DNA from: Tubulanus polymorphus
Lineage: Eukaryota; Animalia; Nemertea
Direction of reading: 5' to 3'
Assembly: GCF_964204645.1 (NCBI RefSeq)
Contig: NC_134029.1
Span: forward strand, 16,672,950 to 16,736,949
DNA length: 64,000 nucleotides
Part shown: in pieces, positions 52,004 to 64,000 of the stretch
How the letters are laid out: each line of letters starts with the position of its first letter
How positions within the stretch are numbered: position 1 is the first letter of the stretch
The notes under the pieces: model-generated
What the model was told of the DNA's origin: nothing
Databases searched by the model: none
What the model saw: only the letters and a program-made list of their open reading frames with translations
Made by a program: the position numbers and the translations under genes

Positions 52004-52633
52004 GAATTGTTGTCAGTTGTCTCACAGAAACAATACTGACAAAATCATGCACACAATACGACTGTTGATAAGATGAATTGCTGATAGCATTCCACTGCTA
52101 ATTGTAGGCCCACACTTGACTATTGAGTCAATTATTCTATCATGGCTCAAAATTCTATTCAAGACTTCCTACTAAATAGAGAGTGACTGTAACACCATAC
52201 ACCAAAGCCCACAGCCATATGAAAATAGGAAAAACCATATGGGATTGCAGGCCTGCAAGACAATCCATTCAATTGCCTTCAAAGCTTCACAAAACAACTC
52301 GATTCAGTCCTTGAATGAACAGAGATGACGGACGAAAAGTGAATGCAAATAGCCCTCTTGGGCTAAACCCCCAGTGGGCTAGTCAGACTAGGGTATTTCA
52401 ACGTTTCTGCTCAAATACAGAACAGACATGATTTCCATAAGCAGTTGTTACAATAAGAAAAGGTAGCAACGAGAAAGTTTTTGCGATTAACGCTGCTAGT
52501 TGCAGCAAATCTGTGCACCCGGGCAAGTGTGGCAGGGTTTTGTGAGTCTAGCAATGCCATCAGGTTCAAATCCCTGCCCAGAGAGGATGGGTGGATCCAT
52601 GCTACAAATTGATACCAGGAGAATATAACTTAC

Positions 52634-52693
52634 GTATTCCATCATACTACTAGAATCACAACGTTGTTTATGTAATCTCCAATGTAAACCCAA
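52634..52693 (-). CDS. CHIC2: CHIC2-like, exon 5
   Basis: LGLHWRLHKQRCDSSSMMEY, bounded by AG and GTAAGT. Confidence 0.92.
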
Positions 52694-52934
52694 CTAAAAC
52701 AAAAAAAATAGATATTCAGAAAGCACTTCTACAACATACCTCTTTTTGCAATCAATAATACTTTAGTACAATCTTACTTAATTCTAATCAGTTTGAACCT
52801 CATTATGATCTCACCCAGATATTATTGACAGTCTACCGATACATAAATTTATGCAAAATTTAATGTTTAATTGAGAATTTGGTTTGTCCCAAATGACCCA
52901 AATTAAGCTGGTTCTACTTAAGTTTTTGAGTTAC

Positions 52935-52991
52935 CTTGTTGTATAGATGACTGTTTTCCCAGTCTAATAATTTTTCTATAGAATGTCTTGT
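52935..52991 (-). CDS. CHIC2: CHIC2-like, exon 4
   Basis: TRHSIEKLLDWENSHLYNK, bounded by AG/GT. Confidence 0.92.
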
Positions 52992-53020
52992 CTACAAAAA
53001 AGAATTGATAAATTAGATCA

Positions 53021-53245
<225 letters not shown>

Positions 53246-54237
53246 CTACAAATTGAAACACATCATAATCATAGATAATTGTTTTGAAAGCATTTTAGTA
53301 AATTAGAATAGTGAAATATTTACACACAACCACGCTCTCTTAACTCTTTCACTACAACAAGCATGGTTGTAGTTATAGTGAGTTGGACGGAACCCCATAT
53401 TGGAAGTATGACATCCATCATCTAGTGATAGCAAAAGCGAACCATAGGTTCCCTAATAACCAATGACCTTGAAACTCATACTCGGCCTAGGTGTCATGTG
53501 CGACAACCATGCAATTAATTGCAGCTACAAGACATGCATCATAACAATATTTTCAGGAACCGATTAATCATTTTTCTCACATTTTTCAACTAACGTTCAT
53601 GCAAAATAAATTTTAATAAATAGAAACTCAACCCCCAGGGGCGCCCCCTGGGGGACGAATAAAAAAAATGGCGCTATAACTTTATGGGCCATAGAACATT
53701 CATACTAAATTTGGAATTGATCTGATTAAAACTGTAGGACTAGTAGTGATTTGAAGTAGAAATTCCACCCCCAGGGGCAGCCCCTGGGGGTGGAATACAA
53801 AAAATGGCTCTATAACTTTATAGTCCCTGGTCCATAGAATATTCACATTTAATTTGGAATTGATCTGATTAAAACTGTAGAACAAGTAGCGAATTGAAGC
53901 AAAAGTTGACGGACGGACAGACGACGACGGATAATCCCCCTAACCCTTCGGTCACAGCAGAGCTAAAAATGTGTATAAAATAATGATTTTGGCGAACAAC
54001 AATGGGTGCCAATCAGCTTTTGACCGGGCCACTTTTCGGCTGAAGAGGGTAGATACATACATGAATAAGCTTAATATCAAGACAATCAAAGTGTTGAAGC
54101 ATCTACAAAACTTTCCAAAGTAATTGGATTCTGTTTACAGACAAATAAAATGTGAATGCAATAGCCCGTTGGGACTTCAATCCCATATGAGCTAAAGATT
54201 AGGCCTACACGAGTAGGAAAATTACATGAAAAATTAC

Positions 54238-54292
54238 CTTAGCGGCCAGTCCTGATGGAAACTCTTCTGAAAAGCGATTACTTAATCCAAAA
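54238..54292 (-). CDS. CHIC2: CHIC2-like, exon 2
   Basis: (V)FGLSNRFSEEFPSGLAAK. The phase-2 junction fits exon 1. Confidence 0.92.
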
Positions 54293-56375
54293 CTACAATT
54301 AGAATCAATGTGGCATTAAAAATCCTGGCTGACCAAACATTTCAAAAACATAAACAATCGTGTGTCGGTATACATGAATGTAAGATAGGCTACACTGCTC
54401 CACAATTTGACCGAATTCGGCATACGGCCTAATCTTTTGATTTTTTTAGCTAAAAAGTGCTCAGAATGCATCTAATTTTTCAACATTTTATAGGGGCTAG
54501 ATAAAGTATGGCATGCAGTTTTACTATGCGGCTTGAGTAAATGCGTCTTGAGTCAATCCGTAAAATCATTCATAAAACTTGTCTATCAATGCAAATGAGC
54601 TGAAATCTTTTGGAATTAACAAATAAAATCCTTCTCTATCACATGGGGGTTGGTATAGTGTATAAATCGACATTTTAGTTGGAGATTATGGAAAAATACT
54701 GGCGTAGTCCCATCACAAGAAAATTCTGAACACGTATTAGCCTCAGGTCCATTTTCAGATTTCATCTGATAACGATATTTCTCTTAATCTTTTGAACACA
54801 TACCTTAATTTGGTCTTAATACGACCAGTGCAACTATGCAGTCTCTTTCCATCTTACATTACAATGTATTGAAGCATTGCCAAAAACTCTTCATTGAAAG
54901 GAGAAAAGATCAGCCATTTTTTGAATTTCAACAATATGTTTCCTGTGTTTCCATTTTGGATGATTTGAGAATAGGCATGGAAAAATATTGTTGAAATTGA
55001 TTTTTAGTTCTTGAAATGGAGTCTCTTTTCTCTTATTTGAATGAGTTCTAGAGAACTTTTTGGCAATACTCCAATTAAGTGTTAGATGGATATAAAAACG
55101 ATGGTTCATTTAGACTCCACAGTTTGAACAAATAAATGATTGTATTCAAAAGATTAAGAGAAATACAGTAGGCCTAGAGTATGCATAAGTCGACTATACA
55201 CACACACCAGTATAAACGCACAGGCCTACCAGTATATGAGTCGGAGTGAAGCGTATGTCAGTAAATGTCTGAAGTCCCGTTCCATTTGGGAATAGGATCA
55301 TACAAAATGTACGATTAAGTCGGATTTCATAAGTCGGACTCAAATAAAATATCTCGGTCCAATTGAGAAATTGAAACACAACTTCACAGGTCTAAGTCGA
55401 ATCAAAAATTTCAAGATCCATCTTAATTGCATACGCGCCTAACATAGGGCCGCGCATTTTCAGTCACAATTATAGTAGACTACAATGTTAGTTGCGCGCT
55501 GACGGAATATACTAGTCAAATTCAATATATTTAGAGCAGAGAACAAAATAACAGGTGTCAAGCATTCTCTTTGATTTTCCAATGCTGATGAGTTAGCTGT
55601 AATACAAGTAGGTTTGACATTTTGGCTGGGAGATTCGCGTGCGACACTAACACATCGTTTAAATAGGATTTTTGTAACGCTTTATGTAAATTAATAATTC
55701 TTAGAGAAATTTGATCTTAAAAATTAGAATATATGGTATTTATTATATTTAAGTATGCATTTGTTTACATAGGCTATGCAAAAACTTCCCACACAGAAAT
55801 TAGCAAATTTTTGTAATACGAGTAACTTGTGCTAAGTCAGACCAAAAATGACGGTCCCAAGTGATCTGACTAAAGCGTACTCTATCTTCTGTGCCCCACA
55901 AACTAATGATCAGTGACAATGAGTAATTTCAGATGAAAACAAAGTTAAAGTTATAATTAGTAGACACTGTTGTCACTATCACTCAGTCTCAGCTAACTTG
56001 CTTAACTATCACTAGCTAATTGAATCTTGATGAAATGGGATTACCCAGCTGAACACTTCTTTCATTAAATTTCTAAGCGCACAGCAAGCACCAAAGGCGC
56101 GAGCTGGAAGCTCTTTAAGTTAATTGCGCGTGTGAGGCAAATTCAAATTTTAGATATTTCTCCAAACCGTCCTTCTTAAAAAGTGAAGTTTACATCCGGG
56201 ACACATGGAGGATTGGCTAAATGGTGGCTACAAAAATGACGGTCATGGATGGACTCTCGTCGAAACTTGCGGGCCGCGTCGCGTCGGATAGTTTTATATA
56301 CGCGAATTAAGGATTACGAGAGGATTTTTGTTAAATCTTCAAAATATTTACAAAGAATATTCGCAAAATAATGTC

Positions 56376-57588
56376 AACTAGGGGTCCAGGGACACCATGC
56401 CCACTCGGGAAGTGGTTTCAAATGCTGAACAATCTACAATTTCAATATTCAATGCCCCCTTGTGACCATATACAAAAACCAATGACCTTGAAACTCACCA
56501 CACTCATAGAATATGTCAGCAGCTGTGATTTTGTAATTGATTGTGATAACAAAATATGCCTCGTTACCAATTCAACACCCCCCGGTGACCATATGCAAAA
56601 CCCAATGACCTTGAAACTAAAGGCAATCATAGAACACGTTATGAGCTTTCCAATTGATTGTGGAAACACAATATGCTTAGGTATCAATATAATGTGGAAA
56701 AACTTTTTCCCACCTATGAATGAGTACTGATGACACCAAGATGGCTGCCAATTGTGCCATAATTGGCTGATCAAAAATACCTGTCTCAGGTATAAAACAT
56801 CCCTTCCCAAAGAATACCCATCACAAATTGCAATGAGATATGGCAAACCAGTAGGAAGCATCTTCGAACCCACTACGCTAAAGCTGTTCGCCGAACCCCT
56901 TGACCTCACGAGTCGTTGGAGTCGTTACTAGCTGACCAGAATCCGGTCGTACCAATCCCGTGCTTGTAACAAACGACTTTAGGCTTCTATTGGTTTTCCC
57001 GTTAAATAGACCAATCAGCGAACGTTTTACTGAACAAGGAAGTATTTCGCAAATCGATATATGATGCGCAACAGCGCCAGTAATGAAATCACGCTACGTG
57101 AGGCCAGGGGGCTGGTGGAAGCGAGTTCGGGAGTGATACCTGACCCCTGGCATGCGAGGATGGTAGGAAGCAGTTTTCAGAATTCTGGTCAAAATTGACA
57201 TTTTAGGGCACTAAAAAGGTCGTAAGACGGCCATCTTGAGTCTGGTCGACCCAATTTTTCTTATGCTGATGGGCCCTTAGGGATTCAAATACATACAAAA
57301 AATCAAGGTAATTGATCAAAGCGTCTTCAAAATTTCCCTAAAAAGTTCAAAAATGTGTAAAAAGTGCTGATTTTGGCGAGCAACAATGGCTGCCAGTCGA
57401 CCATCTTGATTCTGACAGGGCCAGGTTTTGGGCTGAAGATGTGTCTAGGGTAGATGAGTAATTCAAATATCAAGACATTACATCTTCAAAACTTCCTAAA
57501 ATAACTAGATTCTGTCACCGGACGGACAAACGGACGGATGAAAAGTGAACGCAATAGCCGGCTGGGATTGAAGTCCAAAGTGGGCTAA
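56376..57588 (+). mobile_element. HINE/pearl-like element inserted into another repeat
   Basis: Both ends present. It splits a repeat whose uninterrupted copy reads AAAATAATGTCAAAAAATGTT at ~59195. Confidence 0.8.
56859..57162. mobile_element. Small TIR element with 8-bp TSD (hAT/P-type) nested in the HINE
   Basis: GTAGGAAG duplicated at 56851-56858 and 57163-57170. Termini CATCTTCG / CGAGGATG. Confidence 0.7.
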
Positions 57589-58279
57589 AAATGTTATCTT
57601 TAGTTCAGATTTCTCCGTAGAAACCGATTGGACGACTGGATTCGAATCCCACAAAAAGCACAGTCCCTTAGCAACAGGACAAATTTTTAAGAATAACAAG
57701 CGCGCCGGTTTCACAGCATCGCTAGGGTCAAGTCCCGGAGAATTACGCGCGCACGGCTTCGCGCACTGTCCGCGTGTTACAAAACGACCATCCCGCGACA
57801 CACGAGTATGAATAATTAACCATCAAAATTTTTGCCACTCCTTGGGATAAAATGTGTTTTTCAACAGATCTCATATTTTTACCAGTCTTTTACTCCCATT
57901 TTTCAAACGTTATTTCCTTTTTCTGTGTCGAATTTGTGTACCCTTAGCCTACTATAATCCGCATTTAAAGTAGTCCATCAAACCCGTACCCATGCAACCC
58001 GTTGTACTACTTGGGAACAAATTTTTAAAACATATAAAACTATTCAGAAGCCGTGAGAAGTTTACTGTAGAACATATCTGACGATACATTATTACCAAAA
58101 AATTTATCCTCCTATAATCGATAAAACAACATGCTTTCAATTTGTAATGAACATTCCCAATGCATGTTTTTTTTTTGCAAAAATAAATTTCTTTTTGATA
58201 TTTGATCACGGGACCTTCCTTCGCTCATTGATCCGAACACAGCCACGGCGTGCCTTCAGCAAATCCTGTTCTTTTTCGA

Positions 58280-58748
58280 AGTGGATATTTAACCGTATAC
58301 GGCAAAGTGTTTACTTCCGCTATTTTACCGTACATCATTACTTTATATTATAGTATTAACTAATAAAAATAAAAGTAACAATAAAATCATTTTATTGGGT
58401 TTACCGTAGGGTTCCAATGGGTTTAGGGTCTAAAGGACCCTGAGGGTCAGGGTTAGGGTTAGAATTAGGGTCCAATTTACCCCTATTGATAGGATTAGGG
58501 TCAGGTGAGGTACTATAGAAATCATTCGGTTGGATTTCGGGAGCTCGGTGATCTAGTGGTATGATGCTGCGCTAGTAATTTACTGGCCCGCATTCAAGTC
58601 TCCAACTATCCGTTCTATTTTCTCTTAACTCTGTTCTCCACACTTTCCTTGAATTTTCTATGCGCATGCACGGCGTAAATCAGCCAATCAGCGACGATGT
58701 ACAGTAAAATAGCGGAAATAAACACTGCCGTACGGTAAAATATCCACT
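58280..58748. mobile_element. MITE with ~55-bp TIRs carrying TTAGGG-like repeats and a tRNA-like segment
   Basis: AGTGGATATTTAACCGTATACGGCAAAGTGTTTACTTCCGCTATTTTACCGTACATC is inverted at 58695-58748. Internal GGGTTAGGGTTAG and GCTCGGTGATCTAGTGGTATGATGCT. A related partial copy lies at ~61995-62260. Confidence 0.7.
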
Positions 58749-59988
58749 GCGTTATTTTTTACAATGACAAAGTAAAATTCTATGAAAGACCTGGCCACCT
58801 CTATTCATTTATTGAAACTTAAATCTGGCTGTGCGCTTCACCAAGTTTCGACTTTGACATATTACTTGTTTATTGACATCCAAATATTTGTAAGCTTAAA
58901 GCGGTAATAAGCGCACAGTGAGCGCCGAAGGCGCGAGCTGGAAGCCCCTTAAGTTAATTGTGCATATGAAGCAAATTCAAATTTTCTATATTTCTCCATA
59001 CCGCCCTTCTCAAAAGTGCAGTTTACATCCGGGACACATGGGCATTGGCTAAATCGCGGCAACGAAAATGACGGTCACAGACGGACTTTCGTCGAAACTT
59101 GCGGGCCGCGTCGCGCGGGTAGTTTAAATACGTGAATGAAGGATCACAAAATGATTTTGTATAATTTTCAGAATATTTACAAAGAATATTCATAAAATAA
59201 TGTCAAAAAATGTTTTTTTTAGTTCGTATTTCTCCATAGAAACCAATTGGAAGACTGGATTGGAATCCCACAAAAAGCACAGTCCCTTAGCAACGGGTCG
59301 AATTTTTCAGAATAACAAGCGCGCCGGTTTCACAGCATCGCTAAGGGTCGAGTTTTTTTATTTGATCACGGGTGCCTTAATTCGCTCAAAGATCTATGAT
59401 ATTTTGTGTGATTTTCTTTGGTGACACCAAACACCGGGTGCTTCCTTCAGCAAAACCTACGTTTTTTACGATGTAGAACTTGGGAACAAATTTCTTGCGT
59501 AAAACATATAAAACTATTGAAGCCGTGAAGATTTAATGTAGAACGTACTATCTGACGATACAGAAATATCTATTCTCGCATGAACGATAACAAAAACAGG
59601 CTTTCAATTTGTAACCAACTTTCCAAAAGTATGTTTTTTTGCAAAAATGAAATTCTTTTCTATTGATCACGGCGAACCATCGCTCATTGCGAATTTTCGA
59701 TATTTTTGGCGATTTTCTTTAGAGGCCATGGGCCACACAGAACACAGGTGCCTTCAACAAAACCTGTGTTGTAGAATTCTATGAGTTTGGAAGAGCCACT
59801 GGCTCCCCTCTATTTATTCATTAAAACTTAAATCTGGCTGTGCGCTTCACCAAGTTTTCTTACTTTGACATATATTAAAGAAAGTATTGAATTGAATTGA
59901 TACCGATGATATGACTGCCGTAAGGTTACCCGGGTATTGGCGAGTTAGCAGATCGAATTTCTTTTTCAGTAAACTGGACAAAACGTAC

Positions 59989-60098
59989 ACGGTAATGTTA
60001 CCAGCTCCTCTGACTATTACGGGATCCGGTACTGCGACTATCATCGCTTCATCGAGCCTGTAATCATCTTCTACAAATATCGTATCAAAGTCGGCCAT
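59989..60098 (-). CDS. CHIC2: Cysteine-rich hydrophobic domain protein (CHIC2-like, Golgin A7/ERF4 family), exon 1
   Basis: MADFDTIFVEDDYRLDEAMIVAVPDPVIVRGAGNIT(V) matches MADFDEIY...PDPVVVRGSGHVTV, followed by a GT donor. Confidence 0.92.
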
Positions 60099-61017
60099 TG
60101 TGGGTATGACGTATATAGCGGATCCGGACTCATAATGGGACTCACGAAGATTTTAATCCTCTATTGCTGTTTTTTCACTATAACGGACGACCGGGACATG
60201 TATTAGTATATACGAAATGCATAAATAACAAAAGCATACTGATTAACAACATGATTTCGTTTACTCAAACCCAACAAATGAATAGAAAAAAATCAGTTGC
60301 TCAGTAAGATAAGGCGTGAAATGAGTGTTTCCACTCCAGAGCCGTGGACACTTCGACTCTGGTCCAGTGGGTCTTACGGTGCGGCCAACATTTCAAAAGA
60401 AGGCTGCCCCCGTCTTTTAAATGAATCCCGGATAGGGTTCGTCTTGGCCTTGGGAAACCAAGATCCCTAACGACGTAAAGCCAAACAAACAACAATCTAA
60501 TTTTTTGTGTGTATTGTCCAGGCCGCCGGTCGGAAGAGAATCTGTTGCCGTGATAAATTCATCGTTCCCCCTGGCCCCGGACGCGGCGTCCCGGCCTCGA
60601 TCAGTATTATTGTACTTGACGAACGTGAGAATTGAAACTCTGCAAAACTACCCATCGCAACTATCAGTATCGATAAGAGAAACCCAAAGATAATATTCGA
60701 TAAAACGTTAATTATTTTCTTTATGGCTTAACGTTAGTAAAAAAAAGAATTACGAATTTATCAAATCGCTTTTGGGCGAGTCTGTATTCTAGCTCAATCC
60801 ACTCCCAGTAACTTCTTAACTTACCACCAGATGGCAGCGACGTTTCAAGACGCATTTGATCACGTGATCTGAATAACAGCCAATCAGCGGTCAGATTACG
60901 TAGTTCGCGAGAAGCCATTTTCATGGACATCTGGAAATATTATTCTTGTCGCAGGGAGAATTTATACTTCAATTTGTAAATGATATATTTGCCGTAAGAG
61001 GGATAAGAGCTGTCAGG
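60099..61017. promoter_or_regulatory. Bidirectional promoter region between CHIC2 and PCF11
   Basis: Divergent ATGs 920 bp apart. Palindromic GATCACGTGATC E-box (~60858) and GCCAATCAG CCAAT box (~60880). Confidence 0.65.
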
Positions 61018-61170
61018 ATGGGATCCGAAGCGGTTGAGGAATACAGACAATCATTGTCTGATTTAACATTTAACAGTAAACCTCAGATCAGCATGTTGAC
61101 TATGTTGGCCGATGAGAACCAAAATCACGCTCAACAAATCGTCCAAGTTATCGAGACTCATATTCAAAAG
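61018..61170 (+). CDS. PCF11: Pre-mRNA cleavage complex 2 protein Pcf11, exon 1 (CID domain)
   Basis: MGSEAVEEYRQSLSDLTFNSKPQISMLTMLADENQNHAQQIVQVIETHIQK. The SLxDLTFNSKPxIxMLTxLAxEN motif is diagnostic. GT donor. Confidence 0.93.
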
Positions 61171-61304
61171 GTTTGATTTTACGTACATTTCTCCTCATAT
61201 GCATCATTGGTAAAACACTGAACCGCTATCTCTGTATTTGAACTGTCTACGAATTGATTTAACCAGCGAAGTACGGTGTATGGGCCCATTTCATGATTTA
61301 CTAA

Positions 61305-61852
61305 CTAATGTCTATTTATTAATTGATGAGACCTGTTTTTCTTGGATATTTTGCTTACTTTTTGGGGTACATACCTCATTTATGTCTTAACAGAATGCCA
61401 AAAGTCGCGGACAACAACTGAATATCCGATATATTTCCAGTTCTGTACCAATTAGATGGATTGGCAAAAAGACTCCTTAAGTCCAGTTGAATGAGAGAGA
61501 AAATCCTCCATTTTGTGAAATTTCTTGAATTTTTACATTGTCACCATGCCTACAAAATGAAGTTATTTTTCTTGTGGGGTCTCAACAACTAAATCAGGGT
61601 GGCGTAGGCATGGTAACAATGTTCAAATCCAAGAAATTTGACAAAATGGAGGATTTTCTCTCTCATTCAACTGGACTTAAGGAGTCTTTTTGCCAATCCA
61701 TCTAATTGGTACAGAACTGGAAATATATCGGATATTCAGTTGTTGTCCGCAATTTTTGGCATTCTGTTAAGACATAAATGAGGTATGTATCCCAAAAAGT
61801 AAGCAAAATATCCCAGAAAAACAGGTCTCATCCATTAATAAATAGACATTAG
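61305..61852. mobile_element. 548-bp palindromic MITE in PCF11 intron 1
   Basis: Nearly identical to 27643-28190, with the central spacer in the opposite orientation. Confidence 0.88.
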
Positions 61853-62455
61853 GCCTATTATTAATCTGGTCGAACGGGTTGTGTACCTTCCAGTTCCTAA
61901 TCCTTAGTTTCTGTTTAAACTAAGTGGATGCTAAGTGTATATGAAAAAATATGCCGATTTTGCGTACGGGGGGGGGGGGGGATTATAATAACTAGGCCCA
62001 ATATGAAAGTAATGATAAACAATAAGATCATTTTATTGGGTTAATGGTTAGGGTTCCAATACGTTTTGGGTCTAAAGGACCCAGAGGGTTAGGGTAAGGG
62101 TCTGTTTTCCCCCAAGATATAGGGTAAGGGTAAGGTTTGGTGCTATAGGCTATCTTGTTAAAACAATCGGTAAGTCGCGCACTTGTGTGCGGTTACGCAA
62201 CGTTAATCGGTCAATCAGCGACGATGTTCGGTAAAATAGCGGAAATAAACACTGCCGTGCGAGCAGTGACTAATCTGTTGAAGAGACTGACTTAAAATAA
62301 TCGTTAAACGTGACCTGGCATAACCCTATTTTCACCCAGCCGAACCTGAACAAAAGCAGTTTTTAGGGAGCCTTGGTGGTCTAGCGGGAAGACAGCGCAC
62401 TTGCAATATGCTGGCCCGAGTTTCGAGTACTGATTTACTGCTTTATATAGCCTTA

Positions 62456-62803
62456 AGCTAAGCTCAGGTCCACTTACAACCCGATCATCTCGTCGGAATG
62501 GTCTGTGATCTTTATCAGGATCCTTTTCGACATGAGTTTGCTTTCGATGGATTGATCGTAGACCCTTCATAAGTTGAATCGCTATGATAGAACAAGTTCT
62601 ATTTCTAGGACCTGATCAGACTGTCGTAGCCAATCAGCGATGAGTTATGCGTCACATGACCTTAAAGTCTGCGATGATCGTCGTAGTCGACCCGAGTGCT
62701 CTTACGGCGTTGCGACAAACGAATCGACAATCAACGGTCATGTGTTTACTACCGATGTTCTTATGACGAGATGATCGGGTCATAACACGACCTGAGCTTA
62801 GCT
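62456..62803. mobile_element. PIF/Harbinger-type MITE
   Basis: TTA-AGCTAAGCTCAGGTC ... GACCTGAGCTTAGCT-TTA. An inverted relative lies at ~39420-39765. Confidence 0.75.
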
Positions 62804-63013
62804 TTACTCTTCAAGTCTATCCATTTCCTAAGTAGGCATCCTCGTAGGAGGAACCCTAGGAACAGAAAAAAGATATTTTTGAATTTGTCTGGGAGAAGCC
62901 AAGACAGGCTCTACTGCACTTGAGCTGCATTTGAACACTGTTCTGGGTTGCATATTAAAATGAGTTCCCAGACAAACAGTCCAATATAACGGTCCGTATT
63001 TTTTCTTTTTCAG

Positions 63014-63142
63014 AGTAAACCGTTGTTGAAGCTTCCAGCGTTATATCTAATAGATTCGATCATCAAGAATGTTCACAAGAGCTCCTACATTCAGATCTTC
63101 ACACAAAATATAGTCTTCACATTTTGCCATGTGTTTGAAAAG
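63014..63142 (+). CDS. PCF11: PCF11 exon 2 (gene continues beyond the window)
   Basis: SKPLLKLPALYLIDSIIKNVHKSSYIQIFTQNIVFTFCHVFEK contains the CID KLPxxYLxDSIxKN motif and is bounded by AG/GT. Confidence 0.93.
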
Positions 63143-64000
63143 GTTTGTTGATATAAAATATTTACCATTAGAAAAGATGTTTCCAATTCGCAATTGACTC
63201 CAATGTCAAATATTGTAGTGGATATCTTCTCTTGAAAATTGATTAAGATTAATTCTTGCACTGTTTCTGGATGCCTTTGTAACCTTTCGAAAACTGAAAT
63301 ATAAAATCTGTGGGTAGATTTTTGTTTGCGAAATTTCTAGGTTTAACAAGGTTGCATTTTTTTCGCATAAAAGTGCGATTCAATGTTTTTAAGAATGACT
63401 GATATGTGTGTATTTCTTCTTTTTTTTCTGTGATGAATTGAATAAAATATATACATCGAGTTCTGATAGTGTGGTGTTTCATAAGTTGCTGACTTCTCGA
63501 ATCTCTGTAGCTTGTATTTTGAGAACAGCAATCAACGCAACTACATCGATTATGACGATTTTTAAGGTGTTATTGCCACAGTTGTCACAGTTTTCAAAAG
63601 GAATTCATGGAGCGCCTCTATAGTTTGTGAAATGTAAAAGTTTGCAAAGGCTTGACAGATACGTTCTCATTTCGGCATTTGATATTTTGGAAATGATGAA
63701 ATCTTAAATTCGCTCAAATGGCTTAATTGCTTAAAAGGCCATGCTGATTACAATCGGCACAAGTTTGGAACTTTTACCTTTAGACAAATGAATTAGAACG
63801 ACCTTGTTTCTTGATGCTTCACCAATCGATGGATAAATAAATGAATGGCTAGATAAAGTGTGACAAAACTTGACTGAACTTAATGGAGCATGACTATGAG
63901 TGTGACTCGAGACTTGGAGTTTGGATCATTAAGAGGACTAGTGTGGTGTGTGTTGTGTGATATCATTTTTCAGCACGATACAAGAATAGACCAAGGATGT

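Noticed and set aside
56371-56909. 119-aa and 155-aa ORFs
   Set aside because: They lie wholly within a non-coding HINE-like repeat, and other copies do not preserve the frames.
58541-58610. Functional tRNA gene
   Set aside because: Only the 5' half is tRNA-like. The acceptor and T stems do not pair, and it is embedded in a MITE.
60946-61017. N-terminal extension of PCF11 from the ORF track (TTG start)
   Set aside because: Non-ATG start. Homology begins at the ATG at 61018.
63974-64000. Possible PCF11 exon 3 after TTTTTCAG
   Set aside because: The translation HDTRIDQGC does not resemble the expected continuation of the CID domain, and the window ends. Unsupported.

Overview
AT-rich, intron-containing animal (most likely marine invertebrate) nuclear DNA, not prokaryotic. 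The right half holds three recognisable spliced housekeeping genes: COA5 (+, 3 exons, 28587-35881), CHIC2-like (-, 6 exons, 60098-43555) and the 5' end of PCF11 (+, from 61018), which lies head-to-head with CHIC2. They are embedded in MITEs, foldback elements, Helentron-associated (HINE/pearl-like) elements, SINEs and minisatellites. The region ~14.4-21.2 kb is a graveyard of LTR-element fragments (Gypsy env-like, BEL/Pao, DIRS-like). The most unusual part is 0.4-14.4 kb, a strongly G/T-skewed block. It contains three decayed tandem paralogs of a five-exon gene for an SSB/RPA-like OB-fold protein, related tandem-repeat arrays downstream of two copies, a duplicated CCAAT/GC-box/CRE promoter, and an intronless pseudogene with CRESS-DNA-virus (circo-like) capsid motifs. 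This may be the relic of an undescribed capsid-plus-SSB endogenous virus or transposon. No Rep or helicase was found. All protein assignments come from manual translation and motif recall, not from database searches.
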